Assembly: GCF_964204645.1 (NCBI RefSeq)
Contig: NC_134031.1
Coordinates: 13,007,807 to 13,071,806, forward strand
Reading direction: 5' to 3'
Length of the DNA stretch: 64,000 nucleotides
Source: Tubulanus polymorphus
Taxonomy: Eukaryota > Animalia > Nemertea
A program made the translations under genes and the position numbers. The number at the start of each line of letters is the position of its first letter. Within the stretch, counting starts at the first letter, position 1. The notes under the pieces are model-generated. The model had not been told where the DNA came from. It searched no databases and worked only from the letters and a program-made list of their open reading frames with translations. This document shows positions 12,795 through 25,908 of the stretch, piece after piece.

Positions 12795-13344
12795 TTATTT
12801 AGCAAAATTATTACTCACACTTTACTCACACTTTTATTATTGAAAATCTAACTTATTTTACTCACACTTTACACACACTTTTAACGTTGAAAATCTAATT
12901 TATTTTACTCACACTTTACTCACACTTTTAACATTGAAAATCTAAATTATTTTACTCACACTTTACTCACACTTTTAATATTGAACAATTTTATCATTTT
13001 ATTAGCGCTTTTATATTAAAAAGTGTGTTTATTTTTGGAAAAAAGCAAAAAAAAATTTAATTTTTCTAAACTTATTTTTATTTCTTAATTCGCTGATACT
13101 TTCTCTCCATATTTAGTTTTTATCTTTTCTAATTTCAATATTTTATGTTCAATTTCTTTTGTAACATCAATTAACTTTTTTATTTCAAATTGTTTTTTTG
13201 CTGGTTTTATTCTGTTATTTATTGTTGCTAAGAATGCTTTTCTATCACCCATTTATAAGGAAAAAAATTACTTGTGGTGATGAGTGGTGTCTCGTACTCT
13301 CGTACTCTCGTACTCTGATCTGAAAGCCCACTTTCCCTATTACT

Positions 13345-13837
13345 CACGTACAACTGCTCCCTAACACTCGAGGATACCGCCACACCTGCCAAGAATTGGT
13401 CACGTGCCAACACATCCTGCAAACTGTGATCAACCCCTGGGTACGCGCTCCGTGCGAGTCAATGCATCCGCGTAATTCCCGATGTTTTCTTGGGGCTTCT
13501 GCTCTCGAGATTTCAACATCATTTTGAAATCGGAGAATGACATACGGCCCTTTATCCCTCAACGAAACTATTGTTATCCAGGGATGGGGCGAGACGGAGG
13601 TTTTTAACCGCCTGGTATGACTCGTGGTCCAGGTACGTTAGTAAATGTTGTTTCCTAAGCTCACTACTACATACACCGGACAATGTGCAGTGGCTCTCAA
13701 AACGCTCTAACCAGACCGGAAAATTATGCCCCATTTTGTACATTTCGGGGCACGGGACTTTTACCCGGGCATCCTCCCTGGTCCCTGATGGCGATTTGGA
13801 TTCCGTTTTTATGCTACGTGAGACATGTTGGGTAATT
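13345..13837 (-). pseudogene. Gypsy gag N-terminal part
   Basis: FPVWLERFESHC, ARDQFLAGV...VREQLYV; continuous with 8174..8368 across the TSD. Confidence 0.8.
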
Positions 13838-16615
13838 GTATCGTATCGTATCGGTTACAACCAACGGGAGGCATTATATGCCTATTTCTAGGTTGTCTCG
13901 TTGTGTCGCTTGTTGATTGTTGCTAGGTTTGAAACCAGCTGTGGAATACAGTTTTTGAAAGCCTGGATTCTGCTACTGTGGTCGTTGTTCGTGTTGCCAG
14001 AAGTTATCGAGTCGCGCTTTGAAACTGTCAATGCTGGGTGCATTAACTATATCTTCTGTTAGGCTATTCCGGTTATTTACAACACGTTGACTGAAAAAGT
14101 TCTTCCGGGTGTTTTTCCTTGATCGGGATTTTGCCAGCTTCAGTGAGTGTCCCCTAGTTATACGGTTGTGGTTCTATGGTAAAAGTCGCTCGGAGATGAT
14201 ACGGTAGTTCCCGTGTAGGCAGTTGTAGACGGTGATCATGTCTTTCTTCTGGTAGGGACTATAGGCTGGAATCGCATACTCCAATATTGGACGAACAAGT
14301 GCTTTGTACAGAAGGTTAAACGTTTTTTTATCAAGGTGCTCAAAGGATCTCTTGATAACTCCAGTCATTCTATGTCCTCTGTTTACAACCGAGGTATGCT
14401 GTGTTTGAAATTTTAACATTTCGTCGATTGTCACGCCTAAGTCTTTTTCTTCGGTTATTGCTCTGAGCTGGTGGTTGGTGTTGTCGACTATCATGCTGTA
14501 GTTGTGTCGGTTGTTTTTCTTCCCGATATGCATTACTACGCATTTGACAGGATGGAAATGCATCAACCATTTCTCTGACCGATTGCAGAGCCTGCTCAAA
14601 TCGTCTTGGAGTTCCATGGCATGGCATCATTGCGTGTTTTTATCGTTCTGTATATCTTTGTATCATCTGCGTTCATCATTATTTTGCTCCTCATTCCCTC
14701 GGGTAGGTCGTTGATATAAATCGCAAATAGGAGGGTCCCAGTACACTACCTTGTGGCACTCCATCTGTTACTCGCTCCCAGTCTGAAAGTGAGCCCTCAG
14801 TGTTGACTGATTGTTTTCTGTCTTTCAGGAAGTCATTAATCCATCTGTAAGGTTTTCCGCTGATACCGTTAGCTTTTAATTTCTTCATTTGTCTACAGTG
14901 TGGTACTTTGTCAAATGCCTTCTGAAAATCTAAGAAAATCACATCGACAGCCAGGTCTTGGTCATTGGATTTTGTTCAGTCTTCAAGAGTCTGTAATAGT
15001 TGTGTTGTAGTTGATCTACATTGAACAAAACCATGCTGAGATTCTGAGATCAAATCATGTTTTACAAGGTGGGACATGATTTGATCTCTGACGATTGATT
15101 CTAGAATCTTGCATGCTATACACGTCAGGCTTATTGGCCTGTAGTTCTCAGTTTTGTTCCTGGGCCCTTTTTGTGTATTGGGGTCACGATTGCAGACCTC
15201 CAGTCCTCTGGAATTCTTCCTTCGTTCAATGATTTCTTGCAGAGAATAGTCAAAGGACCAGCCAGTTCGTTTTCTGCCTCTTTTGGATTCTTGGGTGGAT
15301 GTTGTCTGGCCCCATACTTTTATTGACTTTGAGTCCAAGCAGTTTCTTCTTGACTATGTCGCGAGTCACTGTTATCTCGTCGAGTGCTTGTGTGTTTTCC
15401 CTTGTAATGATTGGATCAGGAATGTTGTTTACATCTTCAATATTGAATAATTCCGCAAAGTACTTGTTGAAAGAGTCTGCTTTTTGCTTGTTGTCAGTTA
15501 TCAGTTCCGCGTTTTGTATCTGTACGTCGGGAATTCTACTTCTGACTCTAGTTTTGCTTTTGCAATACCTCCAGAAAGCCTTTGGGCTTTTTTTCACTTC
15601 ATGTGACAGGTTCTTTTCGTACTCTCTGACAGTCTTTCTGGATTCGCTTTTTGCTGCATTATTGGCTATTGGTAATTTCTGTAATTTTCAGGGTTTTTAT
15701 GTTTTAGATACCTTTTCCATGCCGCGTGTTTTTTCTTGACTTTACGCATCGCGTTGCGAGTCATCCATAGTGGAGAATGTTGTTTCCAGCGAGGTGCGTG
15801 TTATTGAGGGATGTGCCCTGCCTCTGCGCATTTTATTTTTCTCTTTTATATGGTCCCAGCATTCATCCAGACTCATTTCAGCCAGGTTATTTTCCAGTAA
15901 ATTAGGAATTGTCTTAAGCTTTCGTAGTTTCCTCAATTATAATTTTTTCGTCCTAATTTTATAGCAGTTTGGGGCTTGCAGACATTTTCAATGTGGAATA
16001 GGAGACAATCATGGTGGCTTGAGCCGATTTGGGCAAGGAGTTTAACTTCCTCTACTAGGTGTGGTTCATTTGTGAAGACCAGGTCTAGAATGTTCTCTCT
16101 TTGATTACCACGGTGGTGCGTGGGTTCCTTCACATGTTGCTCTAGGAAGGCATTCATACTAGCATCTAGTATTTGTTTTAAAACATGAGATCCAGTAGTT
16201 CTGCAGTTGTTGTTTGTCCAGTCAATTTCGGGCAAGTTGAAGTCTCCACAGAGTATTATGTTATGTTATACTTGTGGCCAAGTGTGCCTAGTGATTCTAT
16301 CATCTGGTGATATTTGTTGTCATGATCACTGTTTGGACTCCTGTAGGCACATCCTATTAGAGTGGGTTTGTCTGTGGCATTGTTACGTGGTAACTCGACC
16401 CAGATGACCTCGCTTGTTTGCTCAGAACATATCTTATCAGTTGTCTCGAGAGGAGAGAGACAGGGTTTAAGTTCCGCATGGATATACATAGCAATCCCTC
16501 TCCCTTCATTCTCAATGTTGGTAAAGGTTTCGTAGTCGCTTGATCGGTTAAAGAAGACATTGCGTGCATCAAGCTGCAGCCTGCTTGATTTAGGTTTTAC
16601 TTCAGTTATGCATAT
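13838..16615 (-). mobile_element. CR1-like LINE, 3' part (APE C-terminal portion + RT), decayed
   Basis: (GATAC)n tail at ~13838-13853; motifs FLDFQKAFDKVPH, GVPQGSVLGP, NYRPISLTC, KSMGPDNIHPR, LDLVFTNE, GDFNLPEIDW. Confidence 0.9.
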
Positions 16616-17011
16616 TGTTGCAACTGACAACCAAGAATTTTGTTTCTCAAATTCCAAACTGACTTTATTCGACCATATCGACCAAGACGAAAAGACGTTT
16701 CTACAATATGAAATGAAACTTTACAAGTTTGTGATTCAATATACAGAAAACTTACTTCTAATATGCAACTGATAAATAAAGTTACGAATTATCTTGAATT
16801 AAACTTACGGAACAATTGAGCCTTTTTGGCAAGATATTGCTAAACCAAAAACCAGCTGCGTTCAAATATGGCTACCAAGAATGACGTAAAAAAGCCGAAA
16901 AATTATAAGAATAATAGGTGGCAGCACAATGCAGACATATGAAGTTACAAACTTCGAACTGAAGTAACCATACAAACTTTAAACTACAAGAGCCGAAACG
17001 TGGCGTCAACA
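16616..17011 (-). repeat. BEL 3' LTR
   Basis: Direct repeat of 27131-27526. Confidence 0.96.
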
Positions 17012-17146
17012 TTCCCGGCACCGTTAAACACTTTATGTGATTTAACCAAACAAATATACAACAATATAACAACGAAACACTCAAATAGGTACATCAATTA
17101 CATTAATGTTCATCATATAGGTAAACACTAAGTTACTTAGTAAACC

Positions 17147-20100
17147 CTAAGTAATACATTCAAGAAGAACGCACTTGTTCACTGGTCGAACTAACTCGGT
17201 TGACTTTGTTTTAAGTTTAACGCTTCGAATCAAACTATCACTTCCGGCATAAGTTTCGATAACGCGACTTAAAGACCAAGACGATCGATGCGACTGATCA
17301 TCTTTGACAAGAACGATATCGCCTTCAACGAAATTCCTCTGAGGGTTGAACCATTTCTGTCTTTTTTGTAACAATGGTAAGTACTCGCGTACCCATCTTC
17401 TCCAAAAAAATATCGGCCAAGTATTGTACTTGACGCCAGCGCCGACGAACGTACAAATCGCGTTGAGAAAAACTCCCTGGCGGCAATGTTGGTCCGGAAC
17501 GCAAAATCAACAAGTGATTTGGAGTAAGTGGTTCCAAGTCAGTTGGATCATCGGAGACGCTCGTCAACGGACGACCATTAACAATGGCTTCGACCTCACA
17601 CATGAGGGTTAACAAGCTCTCATCGTCGAGAACCTGTTCTTTCGTAATCGCGCACAAAACACTTCTAACCGATCTAATGAGTCTTTCCCAAACACCTCCC
17701 ATATTTGAAGCGGCGGGTGGGTTAAACTCCCATTCTATCTCCTTTTGCAACAAGAACTCCTGGATTTTGTCTTGATTCCAGTTATTGATGGCATCTTTCA
17801 GTTCACGCTGACCGCCCACGAGATTAGTACCGTTGCCACTTCTGATCTTCTCCGGCTGACCCCTCCGCGCGATAAAACGCCTAAGACCGGAAATAAAGGA
17901 GTCGGTATCCAGGGAATGGCATACTTCTAAGTGAACGGAGCGACTTGCAAGGCAAGTGAAGATGCATCCATAACGTTTCTCACGCACACGACCGCGTTTA
18001 ACCAGAAACGGACCAAAATAATCAAGTCCAACAAACGAAAATGGTGGTTTATCAGGAGAGACGCGACCCGGCGGTAAATCTGACATCTTCTGTTGTGAAA
18101 GTTTTGCGTTTCGTTTGCGGCAATTTATACATTTCGATATAGTTCTCCACACAGCGGATTTACCATTAACAACCCAAAACTTCAAGCGAATCTTAGAAAG
18201 CGTATACTCACGACCTCTATGTGCATAGATATCATGATAGAACCGTACGATTAAGTCAGTGATGTGACCATTCTTCGGTAATATTATAGGATGCTTCGAT
18301 GACTCGGAAAGCTCTGAACGACCAAGACGCCCTCTTACGCACAACAAGTCATTAATCTTAACGGGACTCAGCGCGAGTATTGACGATTTTTTGAGAGTGG
18401 AACCGTTGAAAGCTTCTGGAAACGCTCTCCTTTGAACGTAAGACAAAATTGCTCTCTCAGCTTCTCGGAGCTCACCAACTGAAATCGGACCGTTAGAAAC
18501 ATCACCATGATCACGACGCATAAGTTTACGCTTAAAACGCAATATCCAGGCAACGGACTTTTTAAGGTGCGACCAAGACGAGAATAGTGCGAAATAGCTC
18601 ATAAGAACATCGTTGTCCAAATCAAGTTTACACGACGACGCGCATGCTTTAGACGACCTTTTAACCTCAACGTCCGACGATTCGACGACGCCTAAATCAG
18701 GTTGTGTCGGCCACGATTCCTCAGTTTTCCATAAGAAATCAGGACCTTTCAGCCATCGACAATCACGATTCATTTCATCGATACTTAAACCGCGGCTGGC
18801 GTCATCAGCAGGATTTAGCTTTCCATCAACAAAGTTCCATTGAGAAGGCTCCGAATGCTCACGAATAACGCCAACTCTATTAGCGACGAACACTTGAAAT
18901 CGCTTATCCTCATTACGAATATATTTCAACACCGATGTGCTATCAGTCCAATAGAACGTCTTATCAACATCAAAGTCTAACTCTCTCGTCATTATGCAAT
19001 CTAAGCGAATCGATACGGTTGCAGCAGCTAACTCGAGACGCGGAATAGTCGTAAACTTCAGAGGAGTTACTCGTGATTTCCCCGTTACGAAACTACAATG
19101 AATACGGTCGCGATCATCCAATAGGCGAATATAAGACACAGAACCGTAACCAGCCTCTGAAGCATCAGAAAAATGATGCAGCTGAACCGACTTAACCTCT
19201 CCGAATTCGCAAGGCTTAAAGCATCTCTCGATTGCTAACTTTTCGATCTTAGATATGTCAGTTAACCATGACAACCAAATCGCTTCGTACCGGTCGGGTA
19301 TTGAATCATCCCATCCAAGCTTAAGACGGCAAAGCTCCTGCAGGAGCGATTTAACGCGCAGAGTTAGAGGAGCCGTAAAACCGATAGGGTCATACAGAGT
19401 GCTAACGCTAGCTAATATACCGCGACGCGTTTTCCTTGCATCCTCTCGTACGTTGACTTTAAAACAAAACTCATCAGTGTCCATATTCCACAAGACACCG
19501 AGAGCGTGTTCGAAAGGTAACTGATCAAAACTTAAATCTTTAACTGTCTTAGCTCTATGAGCTTCCGAAACAGACTCCAAGACGCGACGCGAATTCGAAG
19601 ATACTTGAGTTAATCTGAAGCCGCCCATCGCTAAAAGTTTTATCACATGAGATAGGAGATCAACGGCAGACTCATTGGAGCATACAGACTTCAGACAATC
19701 GTCCACGTAAAAATTGCGCAACACAGTTTCTATAACATCGTCACCAAACAAGTCGCGGATCAATCGCGGATCTCTGAATAGCAAAATTAGCGCAACTAGG
19801 ACTGGACGCAGCACCGAATAAATGTACACGCATTCTATACTCTACTATCTCGTGACTCGATGAGAACCATAGGAATCTAAGAACATCGCACATAGAAGGA
19901 GTTACCCGAACTTGATTAAACATCCCTTCAACATCAGCCATAAAAGCGACTCGTTCTTGCCTAAAACGTATCAATACGCCAATCAATAGGCTAGTTAGAT
20001 TCGGTCCTTGCAGTAGATTATCATTGAGTGAAATACCATGAAATTTAGACGAACAATCGAACACGACCCTGAGTTTGTTTTTTCGTGGATGGTATACAGG

Positions 20101-21639
20101 GTGATGCGGAAGGTACCAAACGAGCCCATCATTGCGATTTAAATCTTCATCAGGAATCAACTCGCAAAACCCGGAATTAATCATCTTATCGACGAATGCG
20201 GTGTACTCGACCTTTAGCTTAGGATCCTTATCGAAACGACGTTCAAGCAAATCAAATCTATGCTTGGCTAAAGCGCGGTTATTAGGCAAGCTCGGTTTAT
20301 CATGTTTCCAGGGCAAGCTTAACTCGTAGTGACCGTCGTCGGTCAGCTTAACAGTTGATTCCATGATAGTTAGCGCTCTTTTATCATCATACGACATACC
20401 GGATAAGTTGTTCGTATTCAAATCGTTGAACTCCATGTTACAATAAACCTCGAACTGTTTGTTTAGACTTTCGTCGGACTTGATTGAACACGACTTGATT
20501 GAACATGACTTAGGCTGCGATCGATTATTCTTCGTGCATAATGGACCATTGACCGCCCAACCGAAAATTGTTTTCACCGCATACGGACCACCGCGAGAAC
20601 TCGATCTAACTTCAATTGGCTCTAAAGCTAAGCTGTTGTCACTGCCAATAATTAGACCCACCTCGGCATCAACTCGTGATACACGTACACCGTCTAAGTG
20701 TACCCATCTGTCTATTTCCTCCTGCCTAGGAATATCGCTACGATCAATTGGTAACTTTGGCTGCGAATAAATATCATTAAAAACAAGCATTGAGTTTTCC
20801 TCCAAATCATAAACGCGAAGATCAGCGACAAGAGAGACCGATTCGCGATCCAAAAAGTTCAATGTAGACAAGGAGTGAGCAACTCGCCTATCACTCGAGC
20901 AGCACCCTAGATCGCTTAGCAATTGTTCTGAACAGAATGTTGAATTTTATCCCGTATCGAGAAGAGCGTACGTCATCACGCATAAATCATTAGACATTCT
21001 TTTAACCTTGACAGGTACGATCGGCATACCAACAGCAACACGTGGCTTTTTGATGAAAGAACTCGTAGTACGATTCTGTTGAACAGCGACATCCGTAGGC
21101 GAGTTATCAGTAGGCGAAATGTTGGGCGCAGGAGTGTAACGATGCAATAGAATATTGTGTCTATAACCACACACGCCACATGGCATTTTTCGACAATTAC
21201 GTGCCCGATGATGCACGCCGAAACAATTGAAACACAGATTGTTGGTTCTTAAAAACGCTAATCTGTCATGCATGAGTTTGTCTTTAAAACTTAAACAGTT
21301 TGACAAGAGATGGTCTTGTTTACACAGAAAGCACGAGCTATTATTCGGGTTCAATGATCGTGGCGTGACGGTAACATTCTGCACTTGTTGAGAATTCGCA
21401 GCGCAACTCTTCTGTTTACCCAAACTAGCAACACCGTGAAATTTTTTATCCCGGGGGCCATCTGCAATTTTACCGAAAATAGGATGGTCGACGATGCGGG
21501 CTTCATTTTCCACGAAAACAGATATATCCTCCAAACGTATCTCGCGACATTCAAAAGTAGAAATATAGTCCGCCTTAGTACGCCAGCGCTTTTTCAAATC
21601 ATATGGCAATCTAGCAATAATTCGCCTAAGATTAGCCAA
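17147..21639 (-). pseudogene. BEL/Pao polyprotein (Zn knuckles, protease, RT, Pao RNase H, integrase, DUF5641-like C-terminus), few frameshifts
   Basis: CFLCKQDH...C, CFNC...H...C, ALLDTG, YLPHHPV, RVVFDCS, FYVDD, FSDAS, IPRLEL, GLDYFGP, GGVWERLIRSV, LTPNHLL. Confidence 0.95.
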
Positions 21640-24600
21640 ACAATTTATTATTTCAGCTGTCTTATCATTTCAACTGCCAAACAATTTATCATTTCAACTG
21701 TCAAAAAATTTATCATTTCAACTGTCAAAAAAATTATCATTTCAACTGTCAAAAAATTTATCATTTCAACTGTCAAACAATTTATCATTTCAACTGTCAA
21801 ACAATTTATCATTTCAACGGTCGAACAATTTATCATTTCAACTGTCAAACAATTTATCATTTCAACTGTCAAACAATTTATCATTTCAGCTGTCTTATCA
21901 TTTCAACTGCCAAACAATTTATCATTTCAACTGTCAAAAAATTTATCATTTCAACTGTCAAACAATTTATCATTTCAACTGTCAAACAATTTATCATTTC
22001 AACTGTCAAACAATTTATCATTTCAACGGTCAAACAATTTATCATTTCAACGGTCAAACAATTTATCATTTCAACTGTCAAACAATTTATCATTTTAACT
22101 GCCAAACAATTTATCATTTCAACTGCCAAACAATTTATCATTTCAACTGTCAAAAAATTTATCATTTCAACTGTCAAAAAATTTATCATTTCAACTGTCA
22201 AACAATTTATCATTTCAGCTGTCTTATCATTTCAACTGCCAAACAATTTATCATTTCAACTGTCAAAAAATTTATCATTTCAACTGTCAAACAATTTATC
22301 ATTTCAACTGTCAAACAATTTATCATTTCAACTGTCAAACAATTTATCATTTCAACTGTCAAACAATTTATCATTTCAACTGTCAAACAATTTATCATTT
22401 CAACAGTCGATCAATTTATCATTTCAACTGTCAAACAATTTATCATTTCAACTGTTAAACAATTTATCATTTCAACTGTTAAACAATTTATCATTTCAAC
22501 TGTCAAACAATTTATCATTTCAACTGACAATTTATCATTTTAACTGTCTTATCATTTCAACAGTCGAACAATTTATCATTTCAACTGTCAAACAATTTAT
22601 CATTTCAACTGTCAAACAATTTATCATTTCAACTGTCAAACAATTTATCATTTCAACAGTCGAACAATTTATCATTTCAACTGTCAAACAATTTATCATT
22701 TCAACTGTTAAACAATTTATCATTTCAACTGTTAAACAATTTATCATTGCAACTGTCAAACAATTTATCATTTCAACTGTCAAACAATTTATCATTTCAG
22801 CTGTCTTATCATTTCAACTGTCAAAAAATTTATCATTTCAACTGTCAAAAAATTTATCATTTCAACTGTCAAAAAATTTATCATTTCAACTGTCAAACAA
22901 TTTATCATTTCAACTGTCAAACAATTTATCATTTCAACTGTCAAACAATTTATCATTTCAACTGTCGAACAATTTATCATTTCAACTGTCAAACAATTTA
23001 TCATTTCAACTGTCAAAAAATTTATCATTTCAACTGTCAAACAATTTATCATTTCAGCTGTCTTATCATTTCAACTGCCAAACAATTTATCATTTCAACT
23101 GTCAAAAAATTTATCATTTCAACTGTCAAAAAATTTATCATTTCAACTGTCAAAAAATTTATCATTTCAACTGTCAAACAATTTATCATTTCAACTGTCA
23201 AACAATTTATCATTTCAACGGTCGAACAATTTATCATTTCAACTGTCAAACAATTTATCATTTCAACTGTCAAACAATTTATCATTTCAACTGTCAAACA
23301 ATTTATCATTTCAACTGACAATTTATCATTTTAACTGTCTTATCATTTCAACAGTCGAACAATTTATCATTTCAACTGTCAAACAATTTATCATTTCAAC
23401 TGTCAAACAATTTATCATTTCAACTGTCAAACAATTTATCATTTCAACAGTCGAACAATTTATCATTTCAACTGTCAAACAATTTATCATTTCAACTGTT
23501 AAACAATTTATCATTTCAACTGTTAAACAATTTATCATTGCAACTGTCAAACAATTTATCATTTCAACTGTCAAACAATTTATCATTTCAGCTGTCTTAT
23601 CATTTCAACTGTCAAACAATTTATCATTTCAACTGTCAAAAAATTTATCATTTCAACTGTCAAAAAATTTATCATTTCAACTGTCAAACAATTTATCATT
23701 TCAACTGTCAAACAATTTATCATTTCAACCGTCAAACAATTTATCATTTCAACTGTCAAACAATTTATCATTTCAACTGTCAAACCATTTATCATTTCAA
23801 CGGTCGAACAATTTATCATTTCAACTGTCAAACAATTTATCATTTCAACTGTCAAACAATTTATCATTTCAGCTGTCTTATCATTTCAACTGCCAAACAA
23901 TTTATCATTTCAACTGTCAAAAAAATTATCATTTCAACTGTCAAAAAATTTATCATTTCAACTGTCAAACAATTTATCATTTCAGCTGTCTTATCATTTC
24001 AACTGCCAAACAATTTATCATTTCAACTGCCAAACAATTTATCATTTCAACTGTCAAACAATTTATCATTTCAACTGTCAAACAATTTATCATTTCAACT
24101 GTTAAACAATTTATCATTTCAACTGTTAAACAATTTATCATTTCAACTGTCAAACAATTTATCATTTCAACAGTCGAACAATTTATCATTTCAACCGTCA
24201 AACAATTTATCATTTCAACTGTCAAACAATTTATCATTTCAGCTGTCTTATCATTTCAACTGCCAAACAATTTATCATTTCAACTGTCAAAAAATTTATC
24301 ATTTCAACTGTCAAAAAATTTATCATTTCAACTGCCAAACAATTTATCATTTCAACTGTCAAAAAATTTATCATTTCAACTGTCAAAAAATTTATCATTT
24401 CAACAGTCAAACAATTTATCATTTCAACTGTCAAACAATTTATCATTTCAACTGTTAAACAATTTATCATTTTATTTGTTAAACAATTTATCATTTCAAC
24501 TGTCAAACAATTTATCATTTCAACAGTCGAACAATTTATCATTTCAACCGTCAAACAATTTATCATTTCAACTGTCAAACAATTTATCATTTCAGCTGTC

Positions 24601-25177
24601 TTATCATTTCAACTGCCAAACAATTTATCATTTCAACTGTCAAAAAATTTATCATTTCAACTGTCAAACAATTTATCATTTCAACTGTCAAACAATTTAT
24701 CATTTCAGCTGTCTTATCATTTCAACTGCCAAACAATTTATCATTTCAACTGTCAAAAAATTTATCATTTCAACTGTCAAACAATTTATCATTTCAACTG
24801 TCAAACAATTTATCATTTCAACTGTTAAACAATTTATCATTTCAACTGTCAAACAATTTATCATTTCAGCTGTCTTATCATTTCAACTGCCAAACAATTT
24901 ATCATTTCAACTGTCAAAAAATTTATCATTTCAACTGTCAAACAATTTATCATTTCAACTGTCAAACAATTTATCATTTCAACTGTTAAACAATTTATCA
25001 TTTCAACTGTCAAACAATTTATCATTTCAACGGTCAAACAATTTATTATTTCAACTGTCAAACAATTTATCATTTCAACTGTCAAACAATTTATCATTTC
25101 AACTGTTAAACAATTTATCATTTTAACTGTCAAACAATTTTTCATTTCAACTGTCAAACAATTTTTCATTTTAACAG
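21638..25177 (-). repeat. Expanded 24-bp satellite (~150 units) with truncated 17-bp variant units and higher-order duplication
   Basis: Same unit as copy A; recurring variant ATTTCAGCTGTCTTATC; rare variants repeat at a 791-bp offset. Confidence 0.96.
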
Positions 25178-25245
25178 TCTATTAGATATTTAAATCATTT
25201 AACTCAATTCAATAATTATTTGACTATTTAATTTATTATAATGTA

Positions 25246-25908
25246 TTAATTTATTTTAATCTCTTTTCGCCAGTTTTTATTTTTAATTGTTTGATAATGC
25301 TTTGATTTATGTGATTTTGAATATTTACCTCCGCAATAACAATGAATTTTTTCATTAGGATTGAATTTTCTAAATTCATCATCTAAGTTACATTGAACTG
25401 CAATATCTTTGAATGATTTTTCATTTTCTAATTCACATTGAATACCAATATTTGATAAATTTTCATTATAGATAATTTGTTTATTATCAAAATTGAAATA
25501 ATATAATTGTCTTTTTTCAATTCTTAAGTTAATCAAATCATTGTAATCTTTTGAAAGTATTATATCACTTTTTCTTTCATTGAAAGGGGTTTGAAGTATA
25601 TTTATTATGTTTTCATCTAAAGTTCCTTTAAAATTAAAAACTGTATTGAACATTTTAGGATTTTTGATTCCATTATCAAAAGTATCTACTAGTTCAGTAA
25701 TGAAATATGTTTCATTTGATAATATTTCATTAATTATAGTTATGTTATCGATTTTATAATGTCTTGCGGACACTAAATTTGTTGCTGAAATATAATTTCT
25801 AATGTTAAACTGTGAGAATGATTTATTGGTTTCATTGATTTCGATTTTAAAGTTGGGTTCTTCTTCTTCTTTCTTCATTTTTATAACAAAATTTTTATTA
25901 AAACTCAT
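25246..25908 (-). CDS. Intact ORF1 homolog (220 aa): 2x QC motifs + C-terminal zinc finger
   Basis: Full ORF, colinear with copy A ORF1 with many conservative changes; ends KIHCYCGGKYSKSHKSKHYQTIKNKNW (last His replaced by Asn). Confidence 0.75.
   Translation of the reverse strand: MSFNKNFVIKMKKEEEEPNFKIEINETNKSFSQFNIRNYISATNLVSARHYKIDNITIINEILSNETYFITELVDTFDNGIKNPKMFNTVFNFKGTLDENIINILQTPFNERKSDIILSKDYNDLINLRIEKRQLYYFNFDNKQIIYNENLSNIGIQCELENEKSFKDIAVQCNLDDEFRKFNPNEKIHCYCGGKYSKSHKSKHYQTIKNKNWRKEIKIN

Larger units (their letters stand above)
8372..13344. mobile_element. Non-autonomous Polinton/Maverick-like foldback element (copy A), 4973 bp
   Basis: Termini AGTAATAGGGAAAGTGGGCTTTCAGATC and its exact complement; 6-bp TSD CACGTA (8366-8371, 13345-13350). 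Inverted arms 8372-10949 and 11581-13344. Precisely splits Gypsy gag (EQLYV|VQPQY). No integrase or pPolB ORF seen. Confidence 0.8.

Noticed and set aside
9837-25169. VEMINCLT / FQLSNNLS / YHFNCQTI repeat-protein ORFs
   Set aside because: Artefacts of a stop-poor 24-bp unit; frames are broken at random by 15-20 bp variant units.
21638-25177. CRISPR array
   Set aside because: Head-to-tail 24-bp units with no unique spacers, no cas genes, eukaryotic context.
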